Shown here: positions 61,464 to 64,000 of the stretch, one piece after another | Numbering within the stretch: position 1 is the stretch's first letter | How the letters are laid out: the number at the start of each line of letters is the position of its first letter | NCBI GenBank assembly: GCA_965223345.1 | Contig: CBDCWG010000001.1 | Span: forward strand, 190,846-254,845 | Reading direction: 5' to 3' | DNA: 64,000 nucleotides | Origin: Nitrospinales bacterium | GTDB taxonomy: Bacteria > Nitrospinota > Nitrospinia > Nitrospinales > VA-1 | Program-made: the position numbers and the translations under genes | The notes under the pieces: model-generated | Told to the model about the DNA's origin: nothing | Databases searched by the model: none | What the model saw: only the letters and a program-made list of their open reading frames with translations

Positions 61464-63086
61464 GTGGAGCCGAGGTTAGTGAAGAGTATTACCACACGCG
61501 CGACTGGCCAGCGGTTGTATCGCACCCTTCAGTTCGCGCTAGTTTCAACGGCCTTGATCGTCACAGCATTGTCGGCCATTGCGGCAGAGAATGGGATTGA
61601 TTCGTCGCGGCCGACCGATCCAGTATCGCGTCTCCCCTGGCGTGCATTCCCATCGGAACGGGGCCCCCATCGGCTACCACCGTTGCAGGGGCAAGTAGTG
61701 CCGGCACCCTTTGTCCCGGTTGGCCGAGCGCCACTACAGGTCGGGCTACCTGATCCGTCAGGTACTCCTGCCTACCCCACCACACGATATCCCACGACTT
61801 CCTATCCGCCACCTGTGCTACCGGAACGTCCCGTCGGTCGACTGACCGGGGAACCAGCCTCACCAACCGAGTCGCGACCAAATGGCCCTCGTCCGGCCGA
61901 TCGTCTTTCGCGGCCTGCGTCACCACTCGGGGCGACCATTGCGCGTCCCACGGACTCGTTTTTCCAGGATGAACGCTCCCGTACTGAATCGGCGAGCCCC
62001 GTGTTGCCACCGGCCGACCGAGGACTCGGCCAAACGACTCCCCGTCTTGCTACGCCAGAACCTCCTGTTGCGCGGGAATTGCGCGCTGCCACCGATCCGA
62101 TCGTTAAGCCATTGCGTGACGAGGTGAAACAAGTCGAGCAGATCCCGGCGGCACAGGTGATCGCGATTGTGGGTGATCAGCCAATCTTGGCTGGCGATCT
62201 CTTGGGCCAAATTAACGACGTCTTGCGGAAGAACAACGTACACGATGTCACCCCCGAGCAGCGTGATGAGTTGTTGCGGCGTTTTTTGCCCGGTGCCATC
62301 GACTCCAAGCTCGTTTATCTCGAGTATCTACGGCAAGTACCTGCCGACAAACTGCCGGAGGTCGAGGGGCGACTGAAGGAAGTCTACAACGAGCATCAGC
62401 TTCAGAAGTCGATGGACGAGGCCGGTGTTCGGTCCGTTGCTGAGTTTGAGGAAAAGCTGCGAGAGATCGGCTCGTCGCTCGATAAACAACGTCGACAGTT
62501 TGGTGAAACGGTCCTGGCACATCAACTGCTGAAGGAAAAAGTCGACCAGCAAGTCGACATTAGTCGCGAAGATCTATTGCAATATTACCGCGAGCATCAG
62601 GCTGACTATGAGTTCAAGGCGTCGGCTCGATGGGAGGAATTAACGACTCAGTTTGATCAGTTCTCCACACGCGAGGAAGCGCGTGTGGCATTGGCGAAGA
62701 TGGGAAACCGCGTTTGGTCGGGTGAAGAGTGGGGCGTGGTAGCGCGCGAGGTATCGCAAGGGTTTACGGCTCGAGAGGGTGGACGCCACGACTGGACTGA
62801 CCAGGGAAGTTTGGTAAGCGATGCAATGGATGACGCAATCTTCTCTCTTCCGTTGAATAAGATGAGCGAGATCTTGGAGGATCGAATAGGGTTCCATATT
62901 GTTCGCGTATTGGAACGTAAGGAGGAGGGACGCGTACCCTTCACCGATTGCCAGGCCGAGATTCGGAAAAAGATTGAATCCGAACGGATGCAGCAGCGCC
63001 GCGGCGACTACATCCAGAATCTACGTGAAAAGACGTTTGTCTGGACCCGGTTCGACCGACTCGCCAGCGCCGGTCCGCGACCCTGA
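61464..63086 (+). CDS. Exported parvulin-type PPIase (SurA/PrsA-like) with long Pro-rich N-terminal region
   Basis: Signal peptide, Pro/Arg-rich linker, VIAIVGDQPIL, VAREVSQG..GG, GFHIVRV. Confidence 0.85.
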   Translation: MEPRLVKSITTRATGQRLYRTLQFALVSTALIVTALSAIAAENGIDSSRPTDPVSRLPWRAFPSERGPHRLPPLQGQVVPAPFVPVGRAPLQVGLPDPSGTPAYPTTRYPTTSYPPPVLPERPVGRLTGEPASPTESRPNGPRPADRLSRPASPLGATIARPTDSFFQDERSRTESASPVLPPADRGLGQTTPRLATPEPPVARELRAATDPIVKPLRDEVKQVEQIPAAQVIAIVGDQPILAGDLLGQINDVLRKNNVHDVTPEQRDELLRRFLPGAIDSKLVYLEYLRQVPADKLPEVEGRLKEVYNEHQLQKSMDEAGVRSVAEFEEKLREIGSSLDKQRRQFGETVLAHQLLKEKVDQQVDISREDLLQYYREHQADYEFKASARWEELTTQFDQFSTREEARVALAKMGNRVWSGEEWGVVAREVSQGFTAREGGRHDWTDQGSLVSDAMDDAIFSLPLNKMSEILEDRIGFHIVRVLERKEEGRVPFTDCQAEIRKKIESERMQQRRGDYIQNLREKTFVWTRFDRLASAGPRP

Positions 63087-63255
63087 GTCAATTTCTATCG
63101 CATGCCATCGAAGGGTCCTGCCGTCGGTGGGCCCCCGCTTTTCGAATGGGACGGTGGCCATTACATTGCAGAGACTGCCGGTGCGGCGGATTCATGACAC
63201 GCGGACTTGCGGGTTCGACGTGCTGGACCGAATGGTTTCTGCGGGGGCGATGGGA

Positions 63256-64000
63256 ATGGCTGATGAACTGAAATCGGCGGGCAAATCGGTTTGGCATGTA
63301 GATGGTAAAGAGATTGAACTCCCACTGGTCGAAGGTTCCGAGGGAGAAAAGGCGGTCGATGTCTCTCGCCTCCGCGCCGGTAGCGGTTACGTAACTCTCG
63401 ACGAAGGTTACGTGAATACTGGTTCGACAACCAGTAGTATCACTTTTCTCAATGGTGAGTCAGGCGTTTTACGTTATCGCGGGTATCCCATTGAAACGCT
63501 GGCCGAGCATTGCGACTTCGTTGAGGTCTGTTATCTGCTGATCTATGGCGAGCTACCGACTCGCAGTGAAATCGAAGGCTTTCGCAGTTCGATTCGCCGG
63601 CATACGATGCTGCATGAAGATATGAAGCTGTTTTACAACGGCTTCCCGCGCGATGCCCACCCGATGGCGATCTTGTCTTCGGTCGTGAACGCGATGTCTA
63701 CCTTCTATCAAGATTCTCTCGATCCACACGATCCGGCGCAGGTCGAAGTTTCGATTCATCGTTTGATTGCCAAGTTGCCCACGATCGCAGCATATAGCTA
63801 CAAGAAGTCGGTGGGACAACCCTTCACCTACCCCAAGAACGATCTCAATTACTGCGAGAACTTTCTGCGAATGATGTTCGCTGTACCGAGCGAACCGTTT
63901 GAACTCGATCAAGACTTCATCAGCGCGCTTAATCTTTTGCTGATCGTGCACGCTGATCACGAACAGAATTGCAGCACATCGACTGTGCGGATGGTCGGTT
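63256..64000 (+). CDS. gltA: Citrate synthase (partial, runs off window; not in the ORF track)
   Basis: GYVNTGS, LRYRGYPIE, AHPMA, HADHEQNCSTSTVR. Confidence 0.95.
   Translation, partial: MADELKSAGKSVWHVDGKEIELPLVEGSEGEKAVDVSRLRAGSGYVTLDEGYVNTGSTTSSITFLNGESGVLRYRGYPIETLAEHCDFVEVCYLLIYGELPTRSEIEGFRSSIRRHTMLHEDMKLFYNGFPRDAHPMAILSSVVNAMSTFYQDSLDPHDPAQVEVSIHRLIAKLPTIAAYSYKKSVGQPFTYPKNDLNYCENFLRMMFAVPSEPFELDQDFISALNLLLIVHADHEQNCSTSTVRMVG

Noticed and set aside
63200-63230. tRNA-like GGTTCGA motif before gltA
   Set aside because: No complementary T-stem or cloverleaf

Overview
The window looks like a mosaic of three unrelated DNA sources. (A) ~1-53,090 is a coherent chromosome segment with strong C/G-ending codon bias; gene content and style suggest a Nitrospina-like bacterium (inference). 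It carries the start of the dcw cluster (mraZ-rsmH-ftsL), a full ccm cytochrome c maturation operon with a CxxxY-type CcmE, a GH15 hydrolase, two csp paralogues, xth, an M16C protease, tpx, mutS2, a two-component pair, a non-canonical PII-yggS-proC operon, larE, moaA, a nifU-like-sufBCDSU operon, an AmmeMemoRadiSAM enzyme, a BNR-propeller/MoaD pair and several exported proteins. (B) ~53,090-55,580 is a ~2.5 kb actinobacterial-style piece: a frameshifted, truncated Tat-exported PhoX and a divergent choice-of-anchor-I/phytase-like esterase, separated by Streptomyces-type PHO boxes. (C) ~55,580-64,000 is a weak-codon-bias, planctomycete-style piece (UvrD C-terminus, flavin oxidoreductase, mfd, PPIase, gltA). 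Both junctions cut genes mid-frame and create false fusion ORFs, and both contain the 7-mer AGGCCGA. No rRNA, tRNA, CRISPR array, transposase or integrase was seen. The most interesting biological candidate is the PII paralogue with a rewired T-loop that is translationally coupled to yggS.
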